A stretch of 64,000 nucleotides of DNA, from the NCBI GenBank assembly GCA_965223505.1, contig CBDCWP010000039.1, positions 64,001 to 128,000 on the forward strand, written 5' to 3'. Both the position numbers and the translations under genes were made by a program. Within the stretch, counting starts at the first letter, position 1, and every line of letters begins with the position of its first letter. The notes below the pieces were generated by a model. That model was given only the letters and a program-made list of their open reading frames with translations. It was not told the origin of the DNA and ran no database searches. This DNA is from Planctomycetota bacterium. Lineage in GTDB: Bacteria; Planctomycetota; PLA2; JAEUHO01. Positions 21,230 to 34,969 of this stretch are shown here, piece by piece.

Positions 21230-22225
21230 ATGGGTGACGCCGAGCCGCTGCTGTCGGGCATCTTCGGGACGAGCCGTTGCGGCTCGACCTGGCTCGGTTC
21301 CATCATCGCAGCGCATCCCGACGTTGCGTACCGGTTCGAGCCCTTTCACCGGCGCAAGAAGGAGCCCGAGATCCTCGCGCTGCGCCGGGCGATCGAGTCC
21401 GGCGACACGGGGCCCGACGTCCTCGATCGGGTGTACGAGCAGTTGCTGCGATCGCACCCGTTGACGGAAAAGCCCCCCTTCTTCCGCAAGAACCTGCGTG
21501 CGCGGTGCAAGCGGGGCCAACAGATGCTCTGGCCGCTTGCGCGGAAGTTCCGTGCCGCCCGCCCGGTGTTTCGATGGCTCTACACGCCCAAGGGCAGGCC
21601 GCGGGTCGTCTTCAAGGAGGTGAACCTCGAGACCTTGATGGTCCGGCTGGCCGTCGACGCGGGGATCCCGGTGCTCTACCTCGTTCGTCATCCTGCCGCC
21701 GTCGTTTGGTCCCACCTGAAGGGCCAGCAGGAGAATCTGATGGGCGACACGCGCGAGAAGGAGTTCGCTCGCCGGGTGGGCAGCGTGAGCCCCGAGCTCC
21801 TCGAGCGCTTCGGAAACAGAATCGACGACATGACGAAGCCGGAGAAACGAGCGTTGCTCTGGCGGGTGTCCGTCGAGCAGGCCCGCAAGGGACTCGAAGA
21901 CGCGAGCGCCGGTTGCTGGATCTTCTATGAAGACCTGTGCCGCGATCCCGAGGGCGAGAGCCGCAAGGCGTTGGCGTTCCTCGGACTGGACTTCGATGAC
22001 CAGGTGGCGGCGTTCGTCGAGGCCAGCACGACGCCGTCCTCGAGCAGCCGTTGGCAACGCGAGGAACGATTCACGAAGAGCTACTTCTCCGTGTTCCGCG
22101 ACCCCGCGGAGTCGATGAACCACTGGCGCCGAGAGATGCCGGACGACGTCCGCGAGCAGGTCCTGGCGATCGTTCGAGACAGCCCCGTCTACGCCGAGGG
22201 CATGGAGCGCGGTACGTGGAGCTGA
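21230..22225 (+). CDS. Sulfotransferase
   Basis: IFGTSRCGSTWL (5'-PSB), FEPF, FKE, LVRHPAAVVWS (3'-PB), YEDLCRDP. Confidence 0.85.
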   Translation: MGDAEPLLSGIFGTSRCGSTWLGSIIAAHPDVAYRFEPFHRRKKEPEILALRRAIESGDTGPDVLDRVYEQLLRSHPLTEKPPFFRKNLRARCKRGQQMLWPLARKFRAARPVFRWLYTPKGRPRVVFKEVNLETLMVRLAVDAGIPVLYLVRHPAAVVWSHLKGQQENLMGDTREKEFARRVGSVSPELLERFGNRIDDMTKPEKRALLWRVSVEQARKGLEDASAGCWIFYEDLCRDPEGESRKALAFLGLDFDDQVAAFVEASTTPSSSSRWQREERFTKSYFSVFRDPAESMNHWRREMPDDVREQVLAIVRDSPVYAEGMERGTWS

Positions 22226-23070
22226 TGGAGACCGTATCCACCAGTGTTCGCGAGCGGCCTCCGGTCGTCGAGATCCTCGGCTTTCCGTTTCACGACGTCA
22301 CCGAGGCCGCGTGCATCGAGCACATCCTCGGCGAGTTGGACGCCGGACGCGGGGGCTGGGTCGTCACGCCCAATCTCGACATCCTGCGCATGCTCTCGGG
22401 CTCGCGGGACCTCTGGGCGCTGTTTCGCCGTGCCGACCTCACGGTCGCCGACGGCATGCCGATCGTGTGGGCGAGCAAGATCCTCGGCACGCCCTTGCCG
22501 GAGCGCGTCGCCGGCTCGAGCCTCGTCTCGACGCTGAGTGAACGAGCGGCCGCTGAAGGGCGCTCGGTCTACTTTCTCGGGGGCGATCCCGGCACCGCGG
22601 AAGCGGGTGCGGCGGAGCTGCGTCGCCGGCACCCCGCGCTGCGCGTCGCCGGCACGGACTGCCCGCCGATGGGATTCGAGAACGACCCGGGCGAGATGGA
22701 GCGCATCGTCCGGCGCGTCGAGGCAGCAGCGCCGGACATCGTCTACGTGGCGTTGGGCTGTCCCAAGCAAGAGCGGTTGATTCAACACCTTCGGCCGAGC
22801 GCGCCCGGTGCGTGGTTCCTCGGCGTCGGCATCAGCTTCAGCTACCTCTGCGGCGAGGTGCGGCGCGCGCCTGCCTGGATGCGCAACACCGGCCTCGAGT
22901 GGACCTACCGGCTCCTGCAGGAGCCCGGGCGGCTCGCGGGCCGCTACTTGCGGCACGACATCCCGTTCGGCCTTCGGCTCGCGGCGCTCTCGGTCTGGAC
23001 GCGGATCGCCAAGGCCCTTTCCCTTCGGCGATTGCCGCGCCTCGCGCCGCGGGTGCGCACATCCGAGTAG
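22225..23070 (+). CDS. WecB/TagA/CpsF family glycosyltransferase (GT26)
   Basis: VVTPNLD, DGMP, ERVAGS, LGCPKQE, RAP.W....GLEW.YRL.QEP.RL..RY. Confidence 0.93.
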   Translation: METVSTSVRERPPVVEILGFPFHDVTEAACIEHILGELDAGRGGWVVTPNLDILRMLSGSRDLWALFRRADLTVADGMPIVWASKILGTPLPERVAGSSLVSTLSERAAAEGRSVYFLGGDPGTAEAGAAELRRRHPALRVAGTDCPPMGFENDPGEMERIVRRVEAAAPDIVYVALGCPKQERLIQHLRPSAPGAWFLGVGISFSYLCGEVRRAPAWMRNTGLEWTYRLLQEPGRLAGRYLRHDIPFGLRLAALSVWTRIAKALSLRRLPRLAPRVRTSE

Positions 23071-23094
23071 GGGACGCGGATCGACGCCCCTACG

Positions 23095-23889
23095 ATGCCG
23101 ACCCAACGACGCCGGGAATCGACACGACTCATGCGCGAAGCGATCATCGACCTCGCCCGCCGCGCGGGCGCACTCATCTTGACGCACTACGACGCGGCGG
23201 CATCCACGCCGCTGGAGATCGTTCGGAAGGCGGATGACTCTCCGCTGACGATCGCCGATCGCGAGGCGAACGAGTCCATCGTGGCCGGGTTGCGATTCGT
23301 CGCCCCGGACGTGCCCGTCATCTCCGAGGAGGGCGCCGCGATCCCGTTCGAGGAGCGCCGCGGCTGGCAGCGGTTCTTTCTGGTGGACCCCTTGGACGGC
23401 ACCAAGGAGTTCATCAAGCGCAATGGCGAGTTCACCGTCAACATCGCTCTCGTCGAGGACGGGATTCCAACGCTCGGCGTCGTCTTCGCGCCTGCGCTGG
23501 GGGTGCTGTATGTCGGGGAGCGCGGCGCCGGCGCGTCCAAGATCGAGCCCGACGGCGAAGAGAGGCGCATCTACTCGGCAGCGCCCCCCGAAGGCCGACC
23601 GCTGCGCGTCGTGACGAGCCGCTCGCACGCGTCCGATGACGTGGCGGCCCTGCTCGGCGGCCGGGCAGTCGGCGAGATCGTGCCCGTGGGCAGCTCGCTC
23701 AAGCTGTGTTTCGTCGCAGAAGGCCGGGCCGACGTGTATCCACGTCGCGGTCCGACGATGGAGTGGGACGTGGCCGCGGGCGATGCCGTCTACCGCGCAT
23801 CCGGTCGCGACGGCGAGCGGTCGTCGCCGCTTCGATACAACAAGCCGTCGCTACGCAACGACGGCTTCCTGATCGGTCTCGATCCCTGA
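23095..23889 (+). CDS. cysQ: 3'(2'),5'-bisphosphate nucleotidase CysQ
   Basis: KADDSPLTIAD, ISEE, VDPLDGTKEF, GSSLK, EWDVAAG; start may be 23131. Confidence 0.93.
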   Translation: MPTQRRRESTRLMREAIIDLARRAGALILTHYDAAASTPLEIVRKADDSPLTIADREANESIVAGLRFVAPDVPVISEEGAAIPFEERRGWQRFFLVDPLDGTKEFIKRNGEFTVNIALVEDGIPTLGVVFAPALGVLYVGERGAGASKIEPDGEERRIYSAAPPEGRPLRVVTSRSHASDDVAALLGGRAVGEIVPVGSSLKLCFVAEGRADVYPRRGPTMEWDVAAGDAVYRASGRDGERSSPLRYNKPSLRNDGFLIGLDP

Positions 23890-23922
23890 GGACGGGGCCG
23901 GCGGAGCGACCGATCGGAACTG

Positions 23923-23956
23923 AAAAAAGGGCGAGGCGCTCGCGGCGCCTCGCCCT
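23923..23956 (-). terminator. Rho-independent terminator downstream of the PEP-CTERM gene (possibly bidirectional with cysQ)
   Basis: 12-bp stem AGGGCGAGGCGC/GCGCCTCGCCCT with 5-nt loop, followed by a U-run on the minus strand. Confidence 0.85.
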
Positions 23957-23980
23957 CCGAATGTGGATGGACCGACTGTC

Positions 23981-24706
23981 CTACGCGGACGCCTTGCGCT
24001 GGCGGCGGCGTGCCGCAGCGACGCAGAGTCCGCCGAGGCCGAACAGGGCAAGCGTGCCGGGCTCGGGCGTGACGTTGAGCGTCGAGACGTAGAAACGGAA
24101 GGAGTTGTCTTCCGCGGCGTCGGCGTTCGGGTTGAAGAACTCGAACGAGGTTCCGGAGAACCCGAAGAAGATCGTGCCCGCGGCGCTGTACTTGTGCCAG
24201 TCGCCGCCGTCGACGCTCAACCAGATCTCTGCGTCGTCGTCGAACGAGTCGTTGTGGTCGCCGTTCATGAAGGTGCCCCAGTTGACCGTCTTCTGAACGT
24301 CGAACGTGAGTGTGACACTCTGGTAGTCCCAGAGGTTGTCCATGTCGGCCGCGTTGGCGGCCGATGTATGCGCCGCGAGACCGCCGTCGTCCGGGTTGGT
24401 GTCGCCGTAGACGAAGATCTGCGTGCCGCCGCCACCGTCGGTGTCCGTTGCGTCGGCACGCTCGTGCGCCGTCGCGACGAAGTCGATGCCGTTGACGCTG
24501 AAGTCGACGTTGGCCGTGGGGCCACCGCCGCCGGCGGCCGTCTGCCACCAGTCTCCACCGCCCGTGCCGATGGTCGACGTCGTGTTGCCGGGGTTGGCAA
24601 TCAGGTCGGCGTTACCACCACCGGTAAAGTCGAGCGTCTCTGCCCACGCTACGTTCCCCGCGAACGCGAGCGCGACGCCCAGCGCCGCAAATACCAAATA
24701 CTTCAT
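23981..24706 (-). CDS. PEP-CTERM sorting domain protein
   Basis: Signal peptide MKYLVFAALG..AWA; Asp/Thr/Gly-rich body; C-terminus TPEPGTLALFGLGGLCVAAARRRQRK. Confidence 0.93.
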   Translation of the reverse strand: MKYLVFAALGVALAFAGNVAWAETLDFTGGGNADLIANPGNTTSTIGTGGGDWWQTAAGGGGPTANVDFSVNGIDFVATAHERADATDTDGGGGTQIFVYGDTNPDDGGLAAHTSAANAADMDNLWDYQSVTLTFDVQKTVNWGTFMNGDHNDSFDDDAEIWLSVDGGDWHKYSAAGTIFFGFSGTSFEFFNPNADAAEDNSFRFYVSTLNVTPEPGTLALFGLGGLCVAAARRRQRKASA

Positions 24707-25120
24707 GGTCGAAAAGCCCTTCCACATTCCCCTGGTAGCCCGAATAGCACCCAGGTCACGCCTTTGCCGCCTCACACTGCGGCGGGCCGAAGTGTAGTCG
24801 TGCTTCGCGCCGTCGTTCAATAGGGCAGGACCCAAATTCCAAGGGCGCGCCGGACGACCTGCATGCTGGACGCATGAGAGATGACGTACGCGTGTCTACA
24901 CGATTGAACAAAAGGGGCCGGGCAACCTGCGCGCGGTCGGCGCCGTACGGTAGGGCTCTGTAAGCAGCCACCCGCTGGAAGCCATTTCATGCGGATCCCG
25001 CACGCGCTCCCCAGTTTCTGGCCCGGAGCCGTTGCGTTTGGCACGGCCGGTTGCGTGTGGTCGGGCGCGGCCGATGTGGCTTGCGAAGAACGTTTTGAAT
25101 CGTCCGTTTCGGCCCTGCCG

Positions 25121-26065
25121 CTAGTTCGAGTTCGCCGGCTCGCCGCGTCGTGCCTGCCAGACCGTCGCTTGGCGCTCGTCGAGATCCCTCGTCGCGCGCG
25201 CCTTGCCCTTGATCAAGCACTGTCGTTGGTACGCGCGCAGGAAGCGCCGGAAGGCCGGGTCGTCGTAGCGGTGCGTTTGCTTGAGCGCGCTTCGAACATA
25301 GCCCCACCACATTCCCGCACCGTTGATCAGGTACGGCGGCCGCGTCATGCGGAAGAGCGACACGGCCGTCATGTACACGAAACCGGTCCCCATGAAGTAC
25401 TGGCCGAATCCGTGCCGTAGCCGCCCCGTGAAGTACCCCTTCTGACTCGACCCCATCGCGCGCAAGTGAATGAAGCGCAGATCCGGATCGTCCCAGCTAC
25501 AGGCCCGCCACCCCAGCATGCGGCAGCGGTGGCAGTCGATGCCGTCCCACATCACCTCGCGTACGAACCCGCCGATCTCGCGGAACGCTTCGGTGCGGTA
25601 GAACTTCGTCATGCCGACGGAGGTCTCGTCGCCACACTTCTCGCTGATCAGCGTGCCGTCCTCGGCCGGGTAGTACGGCTTCCCGCTGCAGGTGGCGATC
25701 CGCGGATCCGCCTCCATGCGATTCATGAGCTCGGCGAAGTAGCCTGCAGGGAGATCAAGATCGAGATCCAGCTTGCAGACGTAGTCGTACGCGTCCTGGT
25801 CGATCGTCTCGAAGCCGGCGTAGAACGCCTCGACGACGCCCGGCCCGACGGCCCGATGCCCTCGATCCGTCCGCGTCAGCACGCGGATGAAGTCGTGCTT
25901 CTCCTCGTACTCGCGCAGGATGGCCGGCGTCTCGTCGGTGGATCCGTCGTCCACGATCAGCCAGAGTGCTGGCGCCTCCGTCTGTGCGACGACGGAGTCG
26001 AGCGTTCGCCGCGCGAACTCGGCCTCGTTGCGGCAGGGGGTGATGAGGGCGTAGCGCCGCGGCAT
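25121..26065 (-). CDS. Glycosyltransferase family 2
   Basis: Start MPRRYALITPCRNE after GAGGAG; VDDGSTD, KLDLD, WDGID. Confidence 0.9.
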   Translation of the reverse strand: MPRRYALITPCRNEAEFARRTLDSVVAQTEAPALWLIVDDGSTDETPAILREYEEKHDFIRVLTRTDRGHRAVGPGVVEAFYAGFETIDQDAYDYVCKLDLDLDLPAGYFAELMNRMEADPRIATCSGKPYYPAEDGTLISEKCGDETSVGMTKFYRTEAFREIGGFVREVMWDGIDCHRCRMLGWRACSWDDPDLRFIHLRAMGSSQKGYFTGRLRHGFGQYFMGTGFVYMTAVSLFRMTRPPYLINGAGMWWGYVRSALKQTHRYDDPAFRRFLRAYQRQCLIKGKARATRDLDERQATVWQARRGEPANSN

Positions 26066-26076
26066 GGGCTCCTCGT

Positions 26077-27153
26077 CTACTCGGATCTGCGGTTGGCGTA
26101 GTTCGTCTCGATCCAGCGGCGGTACTCGCCGCTTCGAACGGCGTCGACCCAACCCATGTTGGCGATGTACCACGCCACGGTTTCGTTCAAGCCCGACTCG
26201 AAGTCGTGCGCGGGCGACCAGCCGAGCTCCTGCTTGATCTTCGTGCAATCGATCGCATAGCGCTGATCGTGGCCCGGCCGGTCCTGCACCATCTCGATGA
26301 GGCCCCGCAGCACCGCCGGATCCTCACCGGTCTGCCGCGCGACGACGTCGCACAGGGTCTGCACGAGGTCCAGGTTCCGCCACTCGTTCTCGCCGCCGAC
26401 GTTCCAGGTCTCGCCCGTCCGTCCGCCGCTGATGATCGTCCAGAGCGCGGACGAGTGGTCGGCGACGTAGAGCCAGTCTCGCACGTTCGAGCCGTCGCCG
26501 TAGACGGGCAGCGGCTTCCGGTCGAGCATGTTCAGGATCATCAGGGGGATCAGCTTCTCGGGGAACTGGTACGGCCCGTAGTTGTTGGAGCAGTTCGAGA
26601 GCGTCGTCGGCAGCCCGTACGTGTGCGCGAAAGCGCGGACCAGGTGGTCGGATGAGGCTTTCGAAGCCGAGTACGGGCTGCGGGGGTCGTACGCCGTCGT
26701 CTCGTGGAAGTAGCCCGTCTCACCGAGGGATCCGAAGACCTCATCGGTGCTGACGTGATGGAACAACACGTCGGTGCGCTCCGCCCAGGACGCCCGGGCC
26801 GCTTCCAGCAAGTTGAACGTTCCGACGATGTTCGTCGTGATGAAATCGCCGGGCCCGACGATGGAGCGGTCGACGTGGCTCTCCGCAGCCAGGTGCACGA
26901 CCGTGTCGATGTCGTACTTCGCGAAGACGTCGCGGACCCGGTCGGCGTCCCGGATGTCGGCATGCTCGAAGACGTATCGGTCTCTGGCGTCGAGGTCGGC
27001 CAGGTTGGCCGGGTTGCCGGCGTACGTGAGCGCGTCCAGGTTGACGATGCGGCCGGCGAACGCGGTCTGCTCGCAGACGAACCGGATGAAGTTGCTACCG
27101 ATGAACCCTGCGCCGCCGGTGACCAGGATGTTCGTGAGTGCGCGCGCGCTCAT
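26077..27153 (-). CDS. rfbB: dTDP-glucose 4,6-dehydratase
   Basis: GGAGFIGSNF, AAESHVDRSI, STDEV, YSASKA, NNYGPYQFPEKLIP. Confidence 0.97.
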   Translation of the reverse strand: MSARALTNILVTGGAGFIGSNFIRFVCEQTAFAGRIVNLDALTYAGNPANLADLDARDRYVFEHADIRDADRVRDVFAKYDIDTVVHLAAESHVDRSIVGPGDFITTNIVGTFNLLEAARASWAERTDVLFHHVSTDEVFGSLGETGYFHETTAYDPRSPYSASKASSDHLVRAFAHTYGLPTTLSNCSNNYGPYQFPEKLIPLMILNMLDRKPLPVYGDGSNVRDWLYVADHSSALWTIISGGRTGETWNVGGENEWRNLDLVQTLCDVVARQTGEDPAVLRGLIEMVQDRPGHDQRYAIDCTKIKQELGWSPAHDFESGLNETVAWYIANMGWVDAVRSGEYRRWIETNYANRRSE

Positions 27154-28031
27154 GACTGGTTGACGTGTCCCCGTTCGAGCCGGCGAAGGTGCCGTTCGAG
27201 GCCATCCTGCCACGACGGGATCGAAAGCCCCAGACCGGCGCGGATGCGTGCCGTCGACAGAACCGAGTTCGCCGGGCGCGTCGCCGGCGTCGGGTAGGCG
27301 GCCGTCGGAATCGCCTCGATCGGAACTGCCGACGTCAGCAGCCCGCAACCGAGTGCCTGCCGTTGGATCTCTTTCGCGAACGCGTGCCATGTGCACGCAC
27401 CGTCGTTCGCGTAGTGGTACGTCCCGTACGCTTGTTCCTCACGGGCGATGAAGGTCGTCAGCGTGGATGCGAGGTCGGCCGCGTAGGTGGGGCTGCCGCG
27501 CTGGTCGTCGACGACGCGCAGGCTCGGTCGCTCGGCCATGAGGCGCAGCATCGTGGCGACGAAGTTCGGCCCGCGCGGACCGTGCAGCCATGCGGTCCGA
27601 ACGATGAAGTGCCGCTCGCAGCCCGTCCGCACCAGCGCTTCCCCGGCGGCTTTGGTGCGTCCGTAGGCGCCGGCCGGGTCCACCGGGTCGTCGACCTCGT
27701 ACGCCCCGTCCTTCGACCCGCTGAAGACGTAGTCGGTCGAAACCTGGATCAGCCGCGCGCCGAGGCGGTCCGCTGCGCGGGCGAGATTGCCGGCGCCCAC
27801 GGCGTTGACCGCGCGCGCCCGCTCCTCCTCGGTCTCGGCGCGGTCGACGGCCGTGTAGGCGGCGCAGTTCACGATCCAATCCGGCCCGCGGCCGAGCGCG
27901 ATGCGCAGGACCTCGTCTTCCGACGCGATGTCCACCTCGACATCGGTCGAGAAGTGATCGAGCCGGCGCTCCTCGAGCACCGAGCGCACCTCGGCGCCCA
28001 GCATGCCGTCGCCGCCGACGAGCCAGATCAT
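27150..28031 (-). CDS. rfbD: dTDP-4-dehydrorhamnose reductase
   Basis: GxxGMLG, NCAAYTAVD, STDYVF, YGRTK, DQRGSPT. Confidence 0.95.
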   Translation of the reverse strand: MIWLVGGDGMLGAEVRSVLEERRLDHFSTDVEVDIASEDEVLRIALGRGPDWIVNCAAYTAVDRAETEEERARAVNAVGAGNLARAADRLGARLIQVSTDYVFSGSKDGAYEVDDPVDPAGAYGRTKAAGEALVRTGCERHFIVRTAWLHGPRGPNFVATMLRLMAERPSLRVVDDQRGSPTYAADLASTLTTFIAREEQAYGTYHYANDGACTWHAFAKEIQRQALGCGLLTSAVPIEAIPTAAYPTPATRPANSVLSTARIRAGLGLSIPSWQDGLERHLRRLERGHVNQS

Positions 28032-28588
28032 GAGGGCGAGGTCTCGAAGACGGACGCGTCGGCGAGCGCGGGCAGCGCCTCGTCGCGCTCGGACACGACG
28101 ACGTCGCGGATCGGCCAGTCGATCGCCAGGTCGGGGTCGTCCCAGCGAACGCCCTGCTCCGCGTCCGGGTCGTACTCGGCCGTGCACTTGTACTGGAAGT
28201 GCGCGCGCTCACTGGTGACGACGAACCCGTGGCCGAATCCGGGCGGCACGTAGAGCATCGTGTGATTGTCTTCGGACAGCTCGAGCCCGTACCAACGGCC
28301 GAAACGGTCGGAGTCCCTTCGCAGGTCGACGCAGACGTCGAAGACCGCGCCCTGTGTCACGCGAACGAGCTTGCCCTGTGCGTGCGGGGGGAGCTGATAG
28401 TGAATGCCGCGCAGCACGCCACGGGTCGAGACCGAGTGATTGTCTTGAACGAACGCGGTCGGGATGCCTGCTTCTTCGAACTCCGAGTGCTTGTAGCTCT
28501 CGAGGAAGTAGCCGCGCGGGTCCTCGAAGACCCGCGGCCGGATGACGACCGGCCCGTCGAGCGGTGTCGGCGAGAACTCGAAGGGCAC
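28028..28588 (-). CDS. rfbC: dTDP-4-dehydrorhamnose 3,5-epimerase
   Basis: GTG start overlapping the rfbA stop; DPRGYF, QDNHS, LRGIHYQ, QGKLVR, GFGHGF. Confidence 0.95.
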   Translation of the reverse strand: MPFEFSPTPLDGPVVIRPRVFEDPRGYFLESYKHSEFEEAGIPTAFVQDNHSVSTRGVLRGIHYQLPPHAQGKLVRVTQGAVFDVCVDLRRDSDRFGRWYGLELSEDNHTMLYVPPGFGHGFVVTSERAHFQYKCTAEYDPDAEQGVRWDDPDLAIDWPIRDVVVSERDEALPALADASVFETSPS

Positions 28589-29481
28589 TACTTGCCCTCT
28601 CCGAGAATCTCGAGGAGATAGTCGCCGTACGCGTTGGCGCCGTAGTCGCGCGCGAGCGCGGTGAGCGCTTCGTCGTCGATGAACCCCATGCGCCAGGCGA
28701 TCTCCTCGGGACAGGCGATCTTCAGACCCTGCCGCGCTTCGAGCGTCTGCACGTACGTGGACGCTTGGAGCAGCGACTCGTGCGTGCCCGTGTCGAGCCA
28801 GGCGAATCCGCGGGTGAGTGTCTCGACGTGCAGCCGGCCCTGCTCGAGGTACGTGCGGTTGACGTCGGTGATCTCGAGCTCGCCGCGTGCCGATGGCTGC
28901 AAGGCGGCCGCGATGTCCAGCACGTCGTTGTCGTAGAAGTACAGCCCGGTGACGGCGAACCTCGACTTGGGCCGCTCGGGCTTCTCTTCGATCGACAGCG
29001 CCCTGCCGTCCGGACCGAACGCCACGACGCCGTAGCGCTCGGGGTCGCGGACGGGATAGGCGAAGACGGTGGCGCCGTCCTCGCGCTTTGCGGCGGCTGC
29101 CAACACCCGGCTGAAGCCCTGGCCGTAGAAGATGTTGTCCCCCAGGACGAGCGCCGTCTTGTCGTCGCCGACGAACGCGCGGCCGATGAGGAAGGCCTGG
29201 GCCAGTCCGCCGGGCTCCGGCTGGACGGCGTAGCTGATCTCGATGCCCCATTGGCTACCGTCGCCGAGGAGCTGTTCGAAGAGCGGAACGTCGGTGGGGG
29301 TGGAGATGACCAGCACGTCCCGAATGCCGGCCAACATGAGGACCGAGAGCGGGTAGTAGATCATCGGCTTGTCGTAGACCGGCAGCAGCTGCTTGCTGAT
29401 CGACAGGGTGAGCGGTCGCAGCCGAGATCCCGATCCACCGGCCAGGATGATCCCCTTGGTTCGGGTGGGTCCGGTCGTCAC
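28588..29481 (-). CDS. rfbA: Glucose-1-phosphate thymidylyltransferase
   Basis: [43 protein letters not shown]; probable GTG start at 29481. Confidence 0.97.
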   Translation of the reverse strand: MTTGPTRTKGIILAGGSGSRLRPLTLSISKQLLPVYDKPMIYYPLSVLMLAGIRDVLVISTPTDVPLFEQLLGDGSQWGIEISYAVQPEPGGLAQAFLIGRAFVGDDKTALVLGDNIFYGQGFSRVLAAAAKREDGATVFAYPVRDPERYGVVAFGPDGRALSIEEKPERPKSRFAVTGLYFYDNDVLDIAAALQPSARGELEITDVNRTYLEQGRLHVETLTRGFAWLDTGTHESLLQASTYVQTLEARQGLKIACPEEIAWRMGFIDDEALTALARDYGANAYGDYLLEILGEGK

Positions 29482-29700
29482 GGGGAAGCTGGCCCTCTCT
29501 CGGCGCAAACGGCGCGTGGTCGGCCCTCCGGGGCCGTTCGAGACGGCATCGTAGCCATCCGGTCGAATTCCTTGTGCGGTTTGCCGCCCAGCCTGGCTTA
29601 CAAGAGCGTGACCCCGTGACAACCGTGTGAAGGGCCCGGAGTCGAATTGACGCGGCCGGGCCGTACTGGTACGGGTTGCGTTCGGTTGGGAGGGACGTTC

Positions 29701-30786
29701 ATGTTTGTCAAGCGTCGTGCGGCCTTGGCCTGCCATCTGCTCGTGGGCCTGCTGGTCGTACTGCCGGCGTGTGCCCAGAAGTCGATCAGCCGCCCGAAGG
29801 CCGTGAAGAAGCTCCTTGTCGACTACACCGCGCCCGACGTCCACGACCCGGAGTTCACGCCGGTGCCCGAGGAAGAGCTCGCGGCGTTCGAGATGCCGGC
29901 TACGGAACCCTACCGGCTCGGCGTCGGCGACGTGGTGCTCGTTCGCATCATCTCGGCGGAGCCCGTGCCGGGGTTCGAAGGCGGCGTTCAGGCGCGCGTT
30001 GCCGAGGACGGCACCGTCCGGCTTCCGCGCGTCGGCAAGATCGACGCCCGCGACAAGACCGTGTTGGAGCTCGAAGACGCGCTGACCGAACCGTTTCAAA
30101 CCAAGGTCGTCAAAGACGCGCTGCCGAGCGTGACGGTCGCGGTCTTCGAGGCGCGCCGGTTCTTCGTGGTGGGGGAGGTCGGAACACCCGGCACGATGCC
30201 CGCCAACGGCACGACGACGCTCTTCGAGGCGTTGATCAGCGCGGGCGGTACGAATCTCGAGACCGCCGATCTCGAAGAGGCGTACGTGATCCGCGATCAC
30301 AAGCCGATTCCGTTCTCCATTCGCGACATCGTCATGCGCGGCCATCCCGCCGGACGGGTCGTCTTGCAGGAACACGACATCGTGTTCGTGCCGCACGTGA
30401 AGGACCGCACCGACTTCGTGTACGTGTTCGGCGAGGTCGGCAAGCAGGCCCGCGTGCCCATGGACCACAGTGGCCGACGCGGGACCGTCGGAAAGCTCAC
30501 GCTCGCTGCAGCGCTGGGCCAGGTCGGTGGGCTCAGCAATCGCGCCGACATCAACAGCATCACGATCTACCGCGGTGGTTGGCAGATGCCGAAGGAGTAC
30601 AAGATCGGCGTGCAGGACGTCTACCGCTACGGCACGCAGATCCACCTCCGTCCCGGCGACCGGATCGCGGTCGGCACGAGCAAGTCCGCGGCGTTCTCGG
30701 ACGCCATCGGACCGACGGTCGAGCTGCTGCGCGGCTCGTCTTCGGCGCTCTCCCTGGCGCTGAGCATCATCGCGCTGAACGACTAG
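29701..30786 (+). CDS. wza: Polysaccharide export lipoprotein (Wza/OPX with SLBB repeats)
   Basis: Lipobox VLPAC; YRLGVGD Poly_export motif; GEV..PG repeats; amphipathic C-terminal helix. Confidence 0.88.
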   Translation: MFVKRRAALACHLLVGLLVVLPACAQKSISRPKAVKKLLVDYTAPDVHDPEFTPVPEEELAAFEMPATEPYRLGVGDVVLVRIISAEPVPGFEGGVQARVAEDGTVRLPRVGKIDARDKTVLELEDALTEPFQTKVVKDALPSVTVAVFEARRFFVVGEVGTPGTMPANGTTTLFEALISAGGTNLETADLEEAYVIRDHKPIPFSIRDIVMRGHPAGRVVLQEHDIVFVPHVKDRTDFVYVFGEVGKQARVPMDHSGRRGTVGKLTLAAALGQVGGLSNRADINSITIYRGGWQMPKEYKIGVQDVYRYGTQIHLRPGDRIAVGTSKSAAFSDAIGPTVELLRGSSSALSLALSIIALND

Positions 30787-30912
30787 TAGTTCCCGCGCCG
30801 CGCCGGTGCAACGGACGCTACCAAACTCCGAACCTGGCCCGAGCCTCGCAGACCCACCCTGCTGCCTCCCGGCGCGCGTTTTGCTAAATTGCCGCGCTAG
30901 GGAGAACTCGCG

Positions 30913-33736
<2,824 letters not shown>

Positions 33737-33964
33737 CGGTCACTCCTTCCGCGGCTCGAGCCGCCGGAACACGTCTCGCAGAGTGCTGCACGAACTCCTC
33801 CAAGTCGGGGTAGCGGTCTGAGATGGTAGCGCGGTCGCGCACGACCAGCGTGTTTCGGTACGCCGCGTTCGGCGTCGCGATCGCTACGCTCCGTAGAGTT
33901 CCGTTTGCCCTGCATTCGGCCGTGTCTCGCGTCGTCGTCGCGCGATGTGGTACTTAGGCGAGTC

Positions 33965-34969
33965 ATGGACCTAACACCGCCCGTCTCCCTGCGTCTCGCG
34001 CATCTACCTACGCCGCTCGAACCGCTCGAACGACTGGGCACGGGCTTCGCCATCGAGCTGTGGATCAAGCGCGACGACCTCACCGGGTCGGCGCTGACGG
34101 GGAACAAGGTGCGCAAGCTCGATTTCCTCGTCGCGGACGCGCTGCAGCGCGGCGCGGACACCCTCGTCACCTGCGGCGCCGTGACGTCGAATCACGCCCG
34201 CGCTACCGCCGTCGCAGCGGCGCGCATGGGGCTGCGCTCGCATCTCGTGCTGCGCGGCGAAGACGTCGATCCGCCGGACGGCAACCTCCTGCTCGACCGG
34301 CTCGTCGGCGCCGACACGACCTTCATCACCCCGGACGAGTGGGACGACCGGGACGCGATCATGGCGCGCGTCGCCGCCGAGGTCGACGGCGAGGCGTACG
34401 TCATTCCCGAGGGCGGCTCGAACTACGTCGGCGCCATGGGCTATGCGCTCGCCGCCCGCGAGCTCGTCGAGCAGGAGGAACAATTCGGCCTGAAGCTCCG
34501 CACGCTCGTCCATGCCACGGGCAGCGGAGGAACGACGGCCGGCCTCGCGCTCGGCTTCGCGGCGATCGGCCGTGACGACGTGGACGTCGTCGGTATTGCG
34601 GTCTGCAACGACGCGCCCTACTTCGACGGGATCGTCCGGAAGATCGTCGCCGACACCGTCGCCGCCGGCTTCGCGACCGAGGACGTCGCGCGGCGTGCCC
34701 GTTGGCGGATCCTCGACGGCTACAAGGGCCGCGGCTACGCGCTGACGACGGACGAGGAGCTCGAGCTGATCGCGCAGGTGGCGCGCACGGAGGGCGTCGT
34801 CCTGGATCCGGTCTACACCGGCAAGGCGTTCAACGGCCTGCTGGCCGAAGCGCGCGAAGGCCGGATCGGCGCGGACGGCGCGGTCGTGTTCCTGCACACC
34901 GGCGGCATCTTCGGCCTGTTCAGCTTCGCTGCGGATCTGTCGTCGCGGGAACCGGAGGCTCTTCCGTAG
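33965..34969 (+). CDS. D-cysteine desulfhydrase family PLP enzyme
   Basis: PTPLE, KRDDLTG...GNKVRKL, SNHARA, IPEGG, GSGGT.AG, LDPVYTGK, HTGG. Confidence 0.9.
   Translation: MDLTPPVSLRLAHLPTPLEPLERLGTGFAIELWIKRDDLTGSALTGNKVRKLDFLVADALQRGADTLVTCGAVTSNHARATAVAAARMGLRSHLVLRGEDVDPPDGNLLLDRLVGADTTFITPDEWDDRDAIMARVAAEVDGEAYVIPEGGSNYVGAMGYALAARELVEQEEQFGLKLRTLVHATGSGGTTAGLALGFAAIGRDDVDVVGIAVCNDAPYFDGIVRKIVADTVAAGFATEDVARRARWRILDGYKGRGYALTTDEELELIAQVARTEGVVLDPVYTGKAFNGLLAEAREGRIGADGAVVFLHTGGIFGLFSFAADLSSREPEALP

Noticed and set aside
25039..25054. Sigma-54-like motif TGGCAC-GGCCGG-TTGC near the PEP-CTERM gene
   Set aside because: GG-to-GC spacing is 11 rather than the strict 10 nt, and it points away from the PEP-CTERM gene toward the 3' end of a convergent gene.
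24707..25120. Possible ncRNA in the 410-bp gap upstream of the PEP-CTERM gene
   Set aside because: Only short GC-rich stems expected by chance; no recognisable family or terminator.
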